In this document: positions 53,435 through 64,000 of the stretch, in pieces
Layout of the letters: the number at the start of each line of letters is the position of its first letter
Position numbering within the stretch: the first letter of the stretch is position 1
Notes under the pieces: generated by a model
Database searches by the model: none
What the model saw: only the letters and a program-made list of their open reading frames with translations
What the model was told of the DNA's origin: nothing
Assembly: GCF_001194135.2 (NCBI RefSeq)
Contig: NC_068988.1
Coordinates: 64,371,999-64,435,998, forward strand
Length of the DNA: 64,000 nucleotides
Direction of reading: 5' to 3'
Origin: Octopus bimaculoides
Taxonomy: Eukaryota
Made by a program: the position numbers and the translations under genes

Positions 53435-54728
53435 GCAAAGAAAGAAAAATATATATAAAGAAAATTAGTAACTCTTCTAAAAAAAAAGTCTTGAAATCTT
53501 CTTCCATAAAAGGTGTGATAAAAATAATAGGTTGTTAGAGATTTGGAGTAAATGTTATAAAAATTTGTTTAGTAGTTTTGATTTTAACGGGGATAATTTG
53601 AAGGAAGTTTAATGGGTAGGTAGGTAGGTAGGTAGGTAGGTTGATAGGCAGGTAGACAGGCAGGTACGTAGTTTGGGAAGTATGGATGAATGGATGTAGG
53701 TAGGTAGTTAAGTAGTTAGGTATATTTGTACCTGTGTATGTACGTAGGTAGGGAAGTGCGGCTAGATGAATGACTGGATGGCTGCCTGAATGGCTAGGTG
53801 GCTGGTTGGAGGTATGTATGTAGGTAAGCAGTTAGTATTTAGATGTATATGTGTAGGTAGAGGGAGGGAGGGACGAAGCGAAGCATGTAGAAACGTATGG
53901 AAGATAATAACCAAAGAATTATCGCTTGAAATTGAAGTCTACCATAATAAATCTTCCTTGATTTGATCAATTTACTCTTTCTCGCCTTGTGTGCGTGTGT
54001 GCGCGTGTGTGAATATTTATATATATATTTGTATGTATATATATATATATATATNNNNNNNNNNNNNNNNNNNNNNNNNNNNNNNNNNNNNNNNNNNNNN
54101 NNNNNNNNNNNNNNNNNNNNNNNNNNNNNNNNNNNNNNNNNNNNNNNNNNNNNNNNNNNNNNNNNNNNNNNNNNNNNNNNNNNNNNNNNNNNNNNNNNNN
54201 NNNNNNNNNNNNNNNNNNNNNNNNNNNNNNNNNNNNNNNNNNNNNNNNNNNNNNNNNNNNNNNNNNNNNNNNNNNNNNNNNNNNNNNNNNNNNNNNNNNN
54301 NNNNNNNNNNNNNNNNNNNNNNNNNNNNNNNNNNNNNNNNNNNNNNNNNNNNNNNNNNNNNNNNNNNNNNNNNNNNNNNNNNNNNNNNNNNNNNNNNNNN
54401 NNNNNNNNNNNNNNNNNNNNNNNNNNNNNNNNNNNNNNNNNNNNNNNNNNNNNNNNNNNNNNNNNNNNNNNNNNNNNNNNNNNNNNNNNNNNNNNNNNNN
54501 NNNNNNNNNNNNNNNNNNNNNNNNNNNNNNNNNNNNNNNNNNNNNNNNNNNNNNNNNNNNNNNNNNNNNNNNNNNNNNNNNNNNNNNNNNNNNNNNNNNN
54601 NNNNNNNNNNNNNNNNNNNNNNNNNNNNNNNNNNNNNNNNNNNNNNNNNNNNNNNNNNNNNNNNNNNNNNNNNNNNNNNNNNNNNNNNNNNNNNNNNNNN
54701 NNNNNNNNNNNNNNNNNNNNNNNNNNNN

Positions 54729-54764
<36 letters not shown>

Positions 54765-54769
54765 TGTGC

Positions 54770-54968
54770 ATCCGTTTTGTGTATAGATTTGTCGTTGACC
54801 ACCGCTTGACAACCGGTGGTAATTTGTTTACGTCCCCTGTAACCAGCCCTTCAACAAAAATAGGCCGACAGTATAAGTACAAGGCTTTATAAACATATGT
54901 TCTGGGTCGATTTGTTCGATAAAATACTTCTAGGCAGTGCCCCAGCATGGCTGCAGTCCAATGACAAA
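54770..54968 (+). mobile_element. Family A SINE 3' half
   Basis: CCGCTTGACAACCGGTG..GCAGTGCCCCAGCATGGCTGCAGTCCAATGAC. Confidence 0.85.
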
Positions 54969-55720
54969 ATGGAAATGGCTTTGCTCCCGGAGAATGGTGA
55001 GAGAGACTTCCTAGAACAGCCACTCTGACTGACGGGGACTCACACTTGCAGATAGCCACCTCTGCCCCGATAGCAACGAGTAGGGATCTAGTCCCGGAGC
55101 CAAGAACGTCAGAAGTTTCTATTGTCACAGGCAGTACGATACTTTGACATAGCGAAGCTCGGAGTGGCAGTCACACACGCACGGTTGCTGCTGGATAAGG
55201 TACCGCAGCATGTGACTGGATAAGGTCGCCACCACGGAACGGGAAAATTGTCATGCCGTCCGGCTACTTACCTTTCTTTCTGTCCATCCCTGCTGGCTCG
55301 AGCTGGGAGGGAAGCCTGCAGCGTCTAGGCCATGCCTTATGACCTCATTGAGAGCAGCATGGCATGGAAGGCGGCCAGCACAATCACGGCATGTCAGTGG
55401 GTGGAGGCCAAAAGAATCCACAATGGATCCACAGCAGCATTGGTGAGGCTCACAGATCCGTAGGAAATACCGATGCAGAAACTAGCTATCCAGCTGCGTA
55501 CCCATCGAGAGTGGTGGCACTGCATTGAACCAGGCACCACTGTGACGCTGGGAGGCTAAACGAAAACATACCAGACAATGCTGGTCAAGACGTGCACCAG
55601 CTTACTGGAGATCATGGTGCCCTGGATGGCATCCGGTTTGTTTTGGGGTAGGGACCGGGCTTCCACAAAGGGGGAGATGAGGTGGACGTCCGCAGGGCGG
55701 AAACCGAGCTGACCTTGTCA
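54965..55720 (-). mobile_element. CRE-clade non-LTR retrotransposon fragment: C-terminal zinc finger plus restriction-like endonuclease, pseudogenised
   Basis: Minus frames give HSGAWFNAVPPLSMGTQLD, ICEPHQCCCGSIVDSFGLHPLTCRDCAGRLPCHAALNEVIRHGL, GMDRKKGK*PDGMTIFPF and LPVTIETSDVLGSGTRSLL, matching the CxC..H..C..H knuckle and (R)PDG..PW..ET.G motifs of CRE-type elements. GC about 55%. Confidence 0.85.
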
Positions 55721-56393
55721 TAAAAATACGATAAAGATAATTTTAGCGTTAATTCAAATAACACTAGAAAGAGATGAACGAACTTAATCCGACAGCTTAA
55801 TGAATAAAATATAAAATATTAGAACGAAGGCAGCAATAATATAGACATGAACGGAGCAATTTATAAATAAATTTCCCACAAACGGAGATTGCGATCCCCT
55901 TTTCATTTCCAACATTAACCAGATTAATTCACTCATGTTGCTAATACTCTCTCAAAAGATATAAACACCGTGTCATCTAATTTCAGAAGCAGTGTAAACA
56001 TGAAGCGTTGCGTCTAATAGAAGAAATTTTATTTTGGTGTTGAGGTGCGAAAAGAAGGCGAGAAGAAAAGTGGGGGTGTCAGTGTTGATGTGTATATTTT
56101 CTCCCAGTCTGGCTAGATGAGTAAGGAAATCATATCTTCTGTTATTTATGTTATGGCTGGTGAAGGTAATATCTCAAAGAACGGTAACATATAAATATAT
56201 ACAGGTGAAAGAGCTAACTCATCATATTGCAATTATGTCTGCATTGAGAGAATCGCTTCTCTGAGAGCGGAGAAAGTCCGAGAGTAACTTAAAACAGAGA
56301 AAAACAGTGAAGCTATTTTGGAAACAGGAGTGAATTAATTGTATTTGACGAAAGGAAGATATACGTGCATACACACATACACACACACATTTA

Positions 56394-56450
<57 letters not shown>

Positions 56451-56562
56451 GCGTTCGCTCTAATGTGGTTGGAGAAAGAAGCATCAGGTTGTACTGGCGA
56501 GATTCCACCATTAAATAATCGAGGTGAAATTGTTTGTGGATGACGAAAGATTTGTGATGGTG

Positions 56563-56714
56563 AAGAAGAAGAAGAAGAAGAAGAAGAAGAAGAAGAAGAA
56601 GAAGAAGAAGAAGAAGAAGAAGAAGAAGAAGAAGAAGAAGAAGAAGAAGAAGAAGAAGAAGAAGAAGAAGAAGAAGAAGAAGAAGAAGAAGAAGAAGAAG
56701 AAGAAGAAGAAGAA
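56563..56714. repeat. (AAG)n microsatellite, about 50 units
   Basis: Direct reading. Confidence 0.97.
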
Positions 56715-56756
56715 GGACGACGACAACAACCACCACAAGTATCTAAATGTCTGAGA

Positions 56757-56858
56757 TGGGCTGGGTTAAGCGATTAAAGACGTTGAGCGCAAACATAAAG
56801 CTTCTTCGTTCGAATCCAATAAGACACCTGATGACGACCGGCGATCGAAACGCGGTGT
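56757..56858 (+). mobile_element. tRNA-like Pol III head fused to a hammerhead-like motif (SINE or retrozyme-like relic)
   Basis: Imperfect A-box TGGGTTAAGCG and perfect B-box GTTCGAATCC (56808-56817), then ACAC-CTGATGA-C-GA(CCGGCGA)TC-GAAAC-GCG-GTGT. The stem I arms ACAC/GTGT match, but the UH of the cleavage triplet is missing. Confidence 0.5.
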
Positions 56859-56889
56859 AAATATATAAATATTGTAAACATATATTCTA

Positions 56890-57060
56890 AAGATGCAACC
56901 TGGTCGAATGGCTTAGAAGATCGTTTCGCAATCACGAGATAACGGGTTCGAATCTCATTAAGTGATATCTTGATCAAAGGTTTTTACCTCAGTCTTAGGT
57001 CAACCCAAGTGTTATGACCGAATGTAAGCCGTGAAGAAGCCCGTCGGGTAGATTCGGGTG
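56890..57060 (+). mobile_element. Degenerate family A-like SINE 5' half
   Basis: B-box GGTTCGAATCTC and GAAGAAGCCCGTCG. Confidence 0.55.
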
Positions 57061-57364
57061 GATTGTACCTGTAATTTTAATGGTCTAGCCTTGTCCCATT
57101 GTGTCATGCTGATTCATTAAGGCTACAGGTGCCTGTGAGATTAAATGAACAGGTAGGTTAGTTGATTGAGCAACTGAATATTCGTGGTCGAAACTGACGA
57201 AGATCCATTACTTATATTCAGCATATGAGATTAAAAGTAAAAAAAAAAAAAAAAAAAAGATGGTAATCGAAGAATAGTTAACAGAAAAATGATAGCTTAA
57301 TCAGAGACCATCTTGTGAGCTTTTAACTGAGCCTCTAAAATTAATAATAATAATAATAATGATA

Positions 57365-57855
57365 ATTCTTCCTACTATAGGCACACGACCAGCAATTTTG
57401 AGGGGAGGAGGAACATGATTACATCGATCCCAGTGTTCAACAGGTACTTATTTTACTGACGCCGAAAGAATGAAAAGCAAAGTCAACCTTCGTTACTTTA
57501 TTTTATCGACGCCGGAGGAATGAAAGGGCGAAACTAACTCAGCAAGATTTGAACTCAGAACGTAAAACAGCGGATATAAAGACGTTTATTTCCAGACTCG
57601 CTAATGTTTCTGCCATTCCGCCACCGTGTATGATAGCTTCTGATTAAAGCACAAGGCCAACATTTTTTAAGTAAGGGGTGGTGAAATTAATCGATACCAT
57701 CTATAAATATTTGGTTGGTATTTTTTATTTTATCGAACAAGAAAGGACGAAGGGCAGAGTTGACCTTGGCAGGATTTGAAACCGGGACAAAAAGAGCCGG
57801 AAGAAATACGCATGGCATTTCATCCGACGCTCAAACGATTGTATCAGCTCGCAGC
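57365..57855 (-). mobile_element. Two tandem family B SINEs, the first with an internal duplication
   Basis: TACTTATTTTA..GACGCCG..GAATGAAA repeated at about 57445 and 57495; second copy at 57640-57855. Confidence 0.8.
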
Positions 57856-58455
57856 TTTTGTAATAATAACAAAAGACATCCCCGCCTCCGCTTTTGTCTT
57901 CCTTTTTATCATCATGCCAAACGCAGATATATATATATATATATATATATANNNNNNNNNNNNNNNNNNNNNNNNNNNNNNNNNNNNNNNNNNNNNNNNN
58001 NNNNNNNNNNNNNNNNNNNNNNNNNNNNNNNNNNNNNNNNNNNNNNNNNNNNNNNNNNNNNNNNNNNNNNNNNNNNNNNNNNNNNNNNNNNNNNNNNNNN
58101 NNNNNNNNNNNNNNNNNNNNNNNNNNNNNNNNNNNNNNNNNNNNTGTATGTATGTATGTATGTATGTAGTCGGCACCAATACCACCGTCAGCTTTTTGCA
58201 GAATAAGTGGAAGAATGAGTATGAGAAAGAAAGTGGCAAAGAACCAGAGTGTGAAAGAAAAAGAGAGAAAAATGAGATATTGCCAAAATATCAAAGATTA
58301 AACGATATGAAAATGATATTGGCCATTTATGGCAAGAAATACTGTTGTTGTAGTTGTAGTTGTGTGGTGTGGTGTGGGATGAGGTGGAGGTGGGGGAGAA
58401 TGTAAAATGAAAGAGGTGGTTAGAGGGAGAGAAGATTCACAGCAAGTGCCTGTCC

Positions 58456-58501
58456 GTTGCTAAGCAACAAATCCTCACGCATTTATGCGTTGCTAATCAA
58501 C
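58456..58501. promoter_or_regulatory. Paired RFX X-box-like motifs
   Basis: GTTGCTAAGCAAC (58456-58468) and GTTGCTAATCAAC (58489-58501) in unique sequence. Confidence 0.4.
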
Positions 58502-58553
58502 AAGCTTAAGATTCCTGATTCCTTTTTACAGTCATATCAATATTACATTACAT

Positions 58554-58611
<58 letters not shown>

Positions 58612-59080
58612 TGATCTTTCATTGCTGGTTTCTGGGCTGTTCTATCAATGAAAACATGGACGGTTCACATAAATTCTTACATTCTTTGACATACATGCAC
58701 ATAAAACTNNNNNNNNNNNNNNNNNNNNNNNNNNNNNNNNNNNNNNNNNNNNNNNNNNNNNNNNNNNNNNNNNNNNNNNNNNNNNNNNNNNNNNNNNNNN
58801 NNNNNNNNNNNNNNNNNNNNNNNNNNNNNNNNNNNNNNNNNNNNNNNNNNNNNNNNNNNNNNNNNNNNNNNNNNNNNNNNNNNNNNNNNNNNNNNNNNNN
58901 NNNNNNNNNNNNNNNNNNNNNNNNNNNNNNNNNNNNNNNNNNNNNNNNNNNNNNNNNNNNNNNNNNNNNNNNNNNNNNNNNNNNNNNNNNNNNNNNNNNN
59001 NNNNNNNNNNNNNNNNNNNNNNNNNNNNNNNNNNNNNNNNNNNNNNNNNNNNNNNNNNNNNNNNNNNNNNNNNNNNNNNN

Positions 59081-59146
<66 letters not shown>

Positions 59147-59237
59147 GTAATCATATAATACGTCCAAGAGAAAAATCAAGTGGTAGCCATGGCTGGAAAT
59201 TCTTTGATCATAAGATGGATTCCTCGAGCTCAACAAC

Positions 59238-59545
59238 TGGCACTCCGTCGGTTACGACGACGATTGTTCTAGTTGATCCGATCAGTGGAACAGCCTGCAT
59301 GTGAAATTAACATGCGAGTGGCTGAGCGCTCCACAGACACGCGTACCCTGAACGTAGTTCTCAGGAATATTCAGGGTGACACAGAATGTAACAAGGTTGG
59401 CCCTTTGAAATACAGGTACTACTCATTTTCCTCAACTGAGTTGACTGCAGCATTGTGAAATAAAGTGTCTTGCTGAAGGACACAACGAGTTGCGGGGAAT
59501 TGAACTCACGACCTTACGATCGTGAGCCGAATACCCTAACCCAAT
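59238..59545 (-). mobile_element. Full-length family C SINE
   Basis: Head GGGTATTCGGCTCACGATCGTAAGGTCGTGAGTTCAATTCCCC, CORE-like TGTGTCCTTCAGCAAGACACTT and 3' tail CGTCGTCGTAACCGACGGAGTGCCA. Confidence 0.9.
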
Positions 59546-59655
59546 GGTTCCTAAGGGCCTCTAAAGTTTTCTTTCTCTAACATTTTACATAGTCCGACCT
59601 ACACAAGTTTATATGTATAAAACAAAATAGGAATTTTGAAAGAAGTTTCTGTGCC

Positions 59656-59730
59656 CACGGGCATATGGCGTAGTGGTTAAGAGCGCGGGTTACTAACCCC
59701 ATGATTCCGAGTTCGATTTCAAGCAACGAT
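59656..59730 (+). mobile_element. Isolated tRNA-like SINE head
   Basis: TGGCGTAGTGGTTAAGAGCGCGGG..GAGTTCGATTTC; no acceptor stem, so not a tRNA gene. Confidence 0.7.
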
Positions 59731-59831
59731 CGTTCTTTTTTTTGTTTTTTTTTTAAAGCCAGGTACCTATTTAATAATATTATGGACTCTCCTGACGTTA
59801 GACGACGTATGAGGCCAGTTCTTCAATCAGA

Positions 59832-59946
59832 TCGACATTGCATGCACGGGTGCGCCGAACGCAGCGCAGCGCCTGGATTGGGGAACGAACTCATGATCTC
59901 GCAACCATGAATGCAACACCCTAACCACTAAGCCATTCGCCTCCAC

Positions 59947-60003
<57 letters not shown>

Positions 60004-60110
60004 TGGGCTTACTTCAGTTTCTGTCCACAAAATCCACTCACAAGGTTTTGATCGGCCCGAGGCAAGAATAATAGACGCAGTGGGATTGAACCCAGAACCA
60101 TGTGGTTACT
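59832..60110 (-). mobile_element. Family C head (59832-59945) and family A 5' half (59995-60110) around (CA)n
   Basis: A/B boxes and TTCAGTTTCTGTCCACAAAATCCACTCACAAGG. Confidence 0.75.
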
Positions 60111-60898
60111 ACAGACACATCTGCATCTGCATGCTCAGGATATTGTCACATTTTGTTCTTAAAGTTTATATATATNNNNNNNNNNNNNNNNNNNNNNNNN
60201 NNNNNNNNNNNNNNNNNNNNNNNNNNNNNNNNNNNNNNNNNNNNNNNNNNNNNNNNNNNNNNNNNNNNNNNNNNNNNNNNNNNNNNNNNNNNNNNNNNNN
60301 NNNNNNNNNNNNNNNNNNNNNNNNNNNNNNNNNNNNNNNNNNNNNNNNNNNNNNNNNNNNNNNNNNNNNNNNNNNNNNNNNNNNNNNNNNNNNNNNNNNN
60401 NNNNNNNNNNNNNNNNNNNNNNNNNNNNNNNNNNNNNNNNNNNNNNNNNNNNNNNNNNNNNNNNNNNNNNNNNNNNNNNNNNNNNNNNNNNNNNNNNNNN
60501 NNNNNNNNNNNNNNNNNNNNNNNNNNNNNNNNNNNNNNNNNNNNNNNNNNNNNNNNNNNNNNNNNNNNNNNNNNNNNNNNNNNNNNNNNNNNNNNNNNNN
60601 NNNNNNNNNNNNNNNNNNNNNNNNNNNNNNNNNNNNNNNNNNNNNNNNNNNNNNNNNNNNNNNNNNNNNNNNNNNNNNNNNNNNNNNNNNNNNNNNNNNN
60701 NNNNNNNNNNNNNNNNNNNNNNNNNNNNNNNNNNNNNNNNNNNNNNNNNNNNNNNNNNNNNNNNNNNNNNNNNNNNNNNNNNNNNNNNNNNNNNNNNNNN
60801 NNNNNNNNNNNNNNNNNNNNNNNNNNNNNNNNNNNNNNNNNNNNNNNNNNNNNNNNNNNNNNNNNNNNNNNNNNNNNNNNNNNNNNNNNNNNNNNNNN

Positions 60899-60945
<47 letters not shown>

Positions 60946-61718
60946 TACATACATACATACATACACACAAACATATACACGCATACAAACATATCCTACT
61001 TCTACAACATACATACACATACATGCACAGTCTACACACACCACGAGTTACAAGCTTGAACAAGTCTATCAATCAAAGTACTACAGCATAGACGTTAACC
61101 CAGTGACACACTTTCTATGATATTGCCTTTTACAAGAATTTCCAGGCAATTAAATTCCACCAATCGTGTTCTTACCAAACATTTAATAGAATTAAGGTTT
61201 AGCAAAACGATTTTGTCATGCCGCATCCGTGTCTTTCCAACTACGTATTAACACATACATATATACACAAATACGTGTATTTGTGTGTGTATATATATAT
61301 ATCTATATCCAATTAAACCACATATATTCTTACACATACACACGCGTACACATATATATGTTATATACGTATGATGCATACATACTTAAATACATACACA
61401 CGCACGCACGCGCGCGCACACACACATATATATACATGTATATCTGTATGTGCATATATGTTTGAATAAATGTGTGTGTGTATATATATATATATAGATA
61501 TATATATATATATATTCACCTAGACGTATATGCATATATATAATTATGCATAATTATTTATGTATGTATACACATGTGTGTGTGTACATATCTAACGAAT
61601 TAAATACATATTTGGATGTATTTGTGTGTGTGTCTGTGTGTGTATGTGTATACAAAATCAAGGATAGAGATACGCATACTTATAGAAGTATAAATGTGTG
61701 AGCGTGTATGTGTGTATG

Positions 61719-61806
<88 letters not shown>

Positions 61807-62235
61807 CAGCAGGATGTCAGCCAAAATCTCATAGACATATCGGTGTGTACACACACTCGAACAGAATGAAACACATCCAATCAGAGAGACACACCAGAGA
61901 TTTCATGTTTGTTTCTATACATATGATCACACACAAACATACACACACATCCACACACACACACGCACACATCCACACACACACACACACGCACACATCC
62001 ACACACACACACACACCCACATATCTTCTGCCTGATCGATAGACATTAGTTATAAACATTAAAGGATGAGAAGATATCTATCTGTCTACGCACCATATAC
62101 ACATCCTGGCCTACGCAGTCTCAAATTCACAAATGAACACACACGCACACACACACACATACACACACATTTTTATATACACGCACGCACAAAGGCATGT
62201 AGATATATATGTCTTTATGTATTTAATGTATGTGT

Positions 62236-62268
<33 letters not shown>

Positions 62269-62321
62269 CGCACACATACACCCATAAGCACTATGCATAC
62301 ACACATACACATGTAAAGCAT

Positions 62322-62358
<37 letters not shown>

Positions 62359-62423
62359 AACATTTATATATATATCTACTGGATACATATATATATATAT
62401 ATCCACACGTGTGTCTATATGTC

Positions 62424-62455
<32 letters not shown>

Positions 62456-62830
62456 CGTGCGTGTGTATTTGTGTGCGCGTGCGCGATTTTCTTTCTTGTT
62501 TAATGTTTATAACTAATGTATATCGACCGGTGTTTGGCAGTATTTATTCACATTTTTATACGCTGCAATGGTTAATCGAGGCATTTAATTTACGCCAAAG
62601 TGAGCCACTAAATTTATTGTTAATATTAACACCCTTAATTCTCACCCGCTTAACGCACCAACCCTTCGTTTTATTTTGTCGACTTAAAACACGTATATGT
62701 TCGTAATGGCGTGTGTAACGCGTGGATGTTTGTACGTTCGTATGTACGGAAGTACATACGTATTATATGACATCCGTACATCCTTATATACAGGCAAATC
62801 ATTATGCGTGTGTGTGTGTGTGTGTGTGCG

Positions 62831-62884
<54 letters not shown>

Positions 62885-63332
62885 NNNNNNNNNNNNNNNN
62901 NNNNNNNNNNNNNNNNNNNNNNNNNNNNNNNNNNNNNNNNNNNNNNNNNNNNNNNNNNNNNNNNNNNNNNNNNNNNNNNNNNNNNNNNNNNNNNNNNNNN
63001 NNNNNNNNNNNNNNNNNNNNNNNNNNNNNNNNNNNNNNNNNNNNNNNNNNNNNNNNNNNNNNNNNNNNNNNNNNNNNNNNNNNNNNNNNNNNNNNNNNNN
63101 NNNNNNNNNNNNNNNNNNNNNNNNNNNNNNNNNNNNNNNNNNNNNNNNNNNNNNNNNNNNNNNNNNNNNNNNNNNNNNNNNNNNNNNNNNNNNNNNNNNN
63201 NNNNNNNNNNNNNNNNNNNNNNNNNNNNNNNNNNNNNNNNNNNNNNNNNNNNNNNNNNNNNNNNNNNNNNNNNNNNNNNNNNNNNNNNNNNNNNNNNNNN
63301 NNNNNNTATATATATATATACACACATATATA

Positions 63333-63382
<50 letters not shown>

Positions 63383-63758
63383 CATACATACATATATATA
63401 TATGTGTGTGTGTGTGTGTGTTTACTCATATGCACATATGTAAAACAGCCATATATATATTTGAGTCCGTACACATACATATGTTTGCGCATATAAATAT
63501 ATATATATAATATGCACCATTTATATACGTATATCATGCATACATACACACATGCATACATACACACACATATACACATACCCATATACACACATACTGA
63601 TAAATGTCGACATATTTACCTACATATTGAACTACAATATACGAGAGTAAATTTTTATATACAGATGCAATCTTACAAAAAGATTTTAAGGAATTTCATC
63701 ACGATACAGCCACTCACACACATAAATACATGGACACACACTCACACACACACACACA

Positions 63759-63823
<65 letters not shown>

Positions 63824-64000
63824 CAATGTCATGTCTTATATCATAAAAGTATTTGAGCGAATAATTTACTTTCTGATGAGCAAACAATTTTTCCAATTTC
63901 AACAAAAATGGCTGACGATGTGACAGTAACCGCTAAAACATGGTTTCTGGCTTCTACACTAAATTTGATGATATTATAAATATTTGGAGAGCAGTCTCCA

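Larger units (their letters stand above)
1..64000. repeat. Pervasive di-, tri- and tetranucleotide microsatellites (TA, CA, GA, TAGA, TATG, ATA, TAG, GGTA)
   Basis: Direct reading throughout; most N-gaps start or end in such tracts. Confidence 0.98.

Noticed and set aside
1556-63905. Most ORFs in the supplied track (poly-YI, CV, HT, SL, ER, K, F and X-filled ORFs)
   Set aside because: They are translations of microsatellites or run through N-gaps, with no coding signal.
63908-63979. Short ORF MADDVTVTAKTWFLASTLNLMIL with a good Kozak context
   Set aside because: Only 23 codons at the window edge, with no supporting donor or homology.
1-64000. CRISPR arrays, rRNA, intact tRNA genes, prokaryotic operons
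   Set aside because: None seen. The tRNA-like sequences are SINE heads or a pseudogene, and the tandem arrays lack repeat-spacer structure.

Overview
AT-rich animal genomic DNA from a gapped draft assembly (about 20 N-gaps, most flanked by microsatellites). The SINE families and extreme microsatellite density look like an octopod cephalopod; this is recognition, not a database result. Almost all ORFs in the supplied track are artefacts of simple repeats or N runs. What the window supports: (i) at least three families of tRNA-derived SINEs, two with CORE-like boxes, some with intact target-site duplications; (ii) decayed protein-coding transposons, namely three RTE-type LINE fragments, a CRE-clade LINE fragment with a restriction-like endonuclease, and a Chapaev/CMC-like DNA transposase pseudogene; (iii) Charlie-like hAT MITEs; (iv) a 5'-truncated tRNA-Asn pseudogene; (v) five degenerate hammerhead-ribozyme-like motifs of the Penelope type, one directly behind a tRNA-like Pol III head; (vi) one credible minus-strand host-gene exon (238-475) encoding a signal-peptide-like, Thr-rich, then Cys-containing segment, with a candidate start exon about 15 kb upstream. 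I cannot demonstrate a new biological system. The best leads are the Pol III head plus hammerhead element and the unidentified secreted or membrane protein exon.
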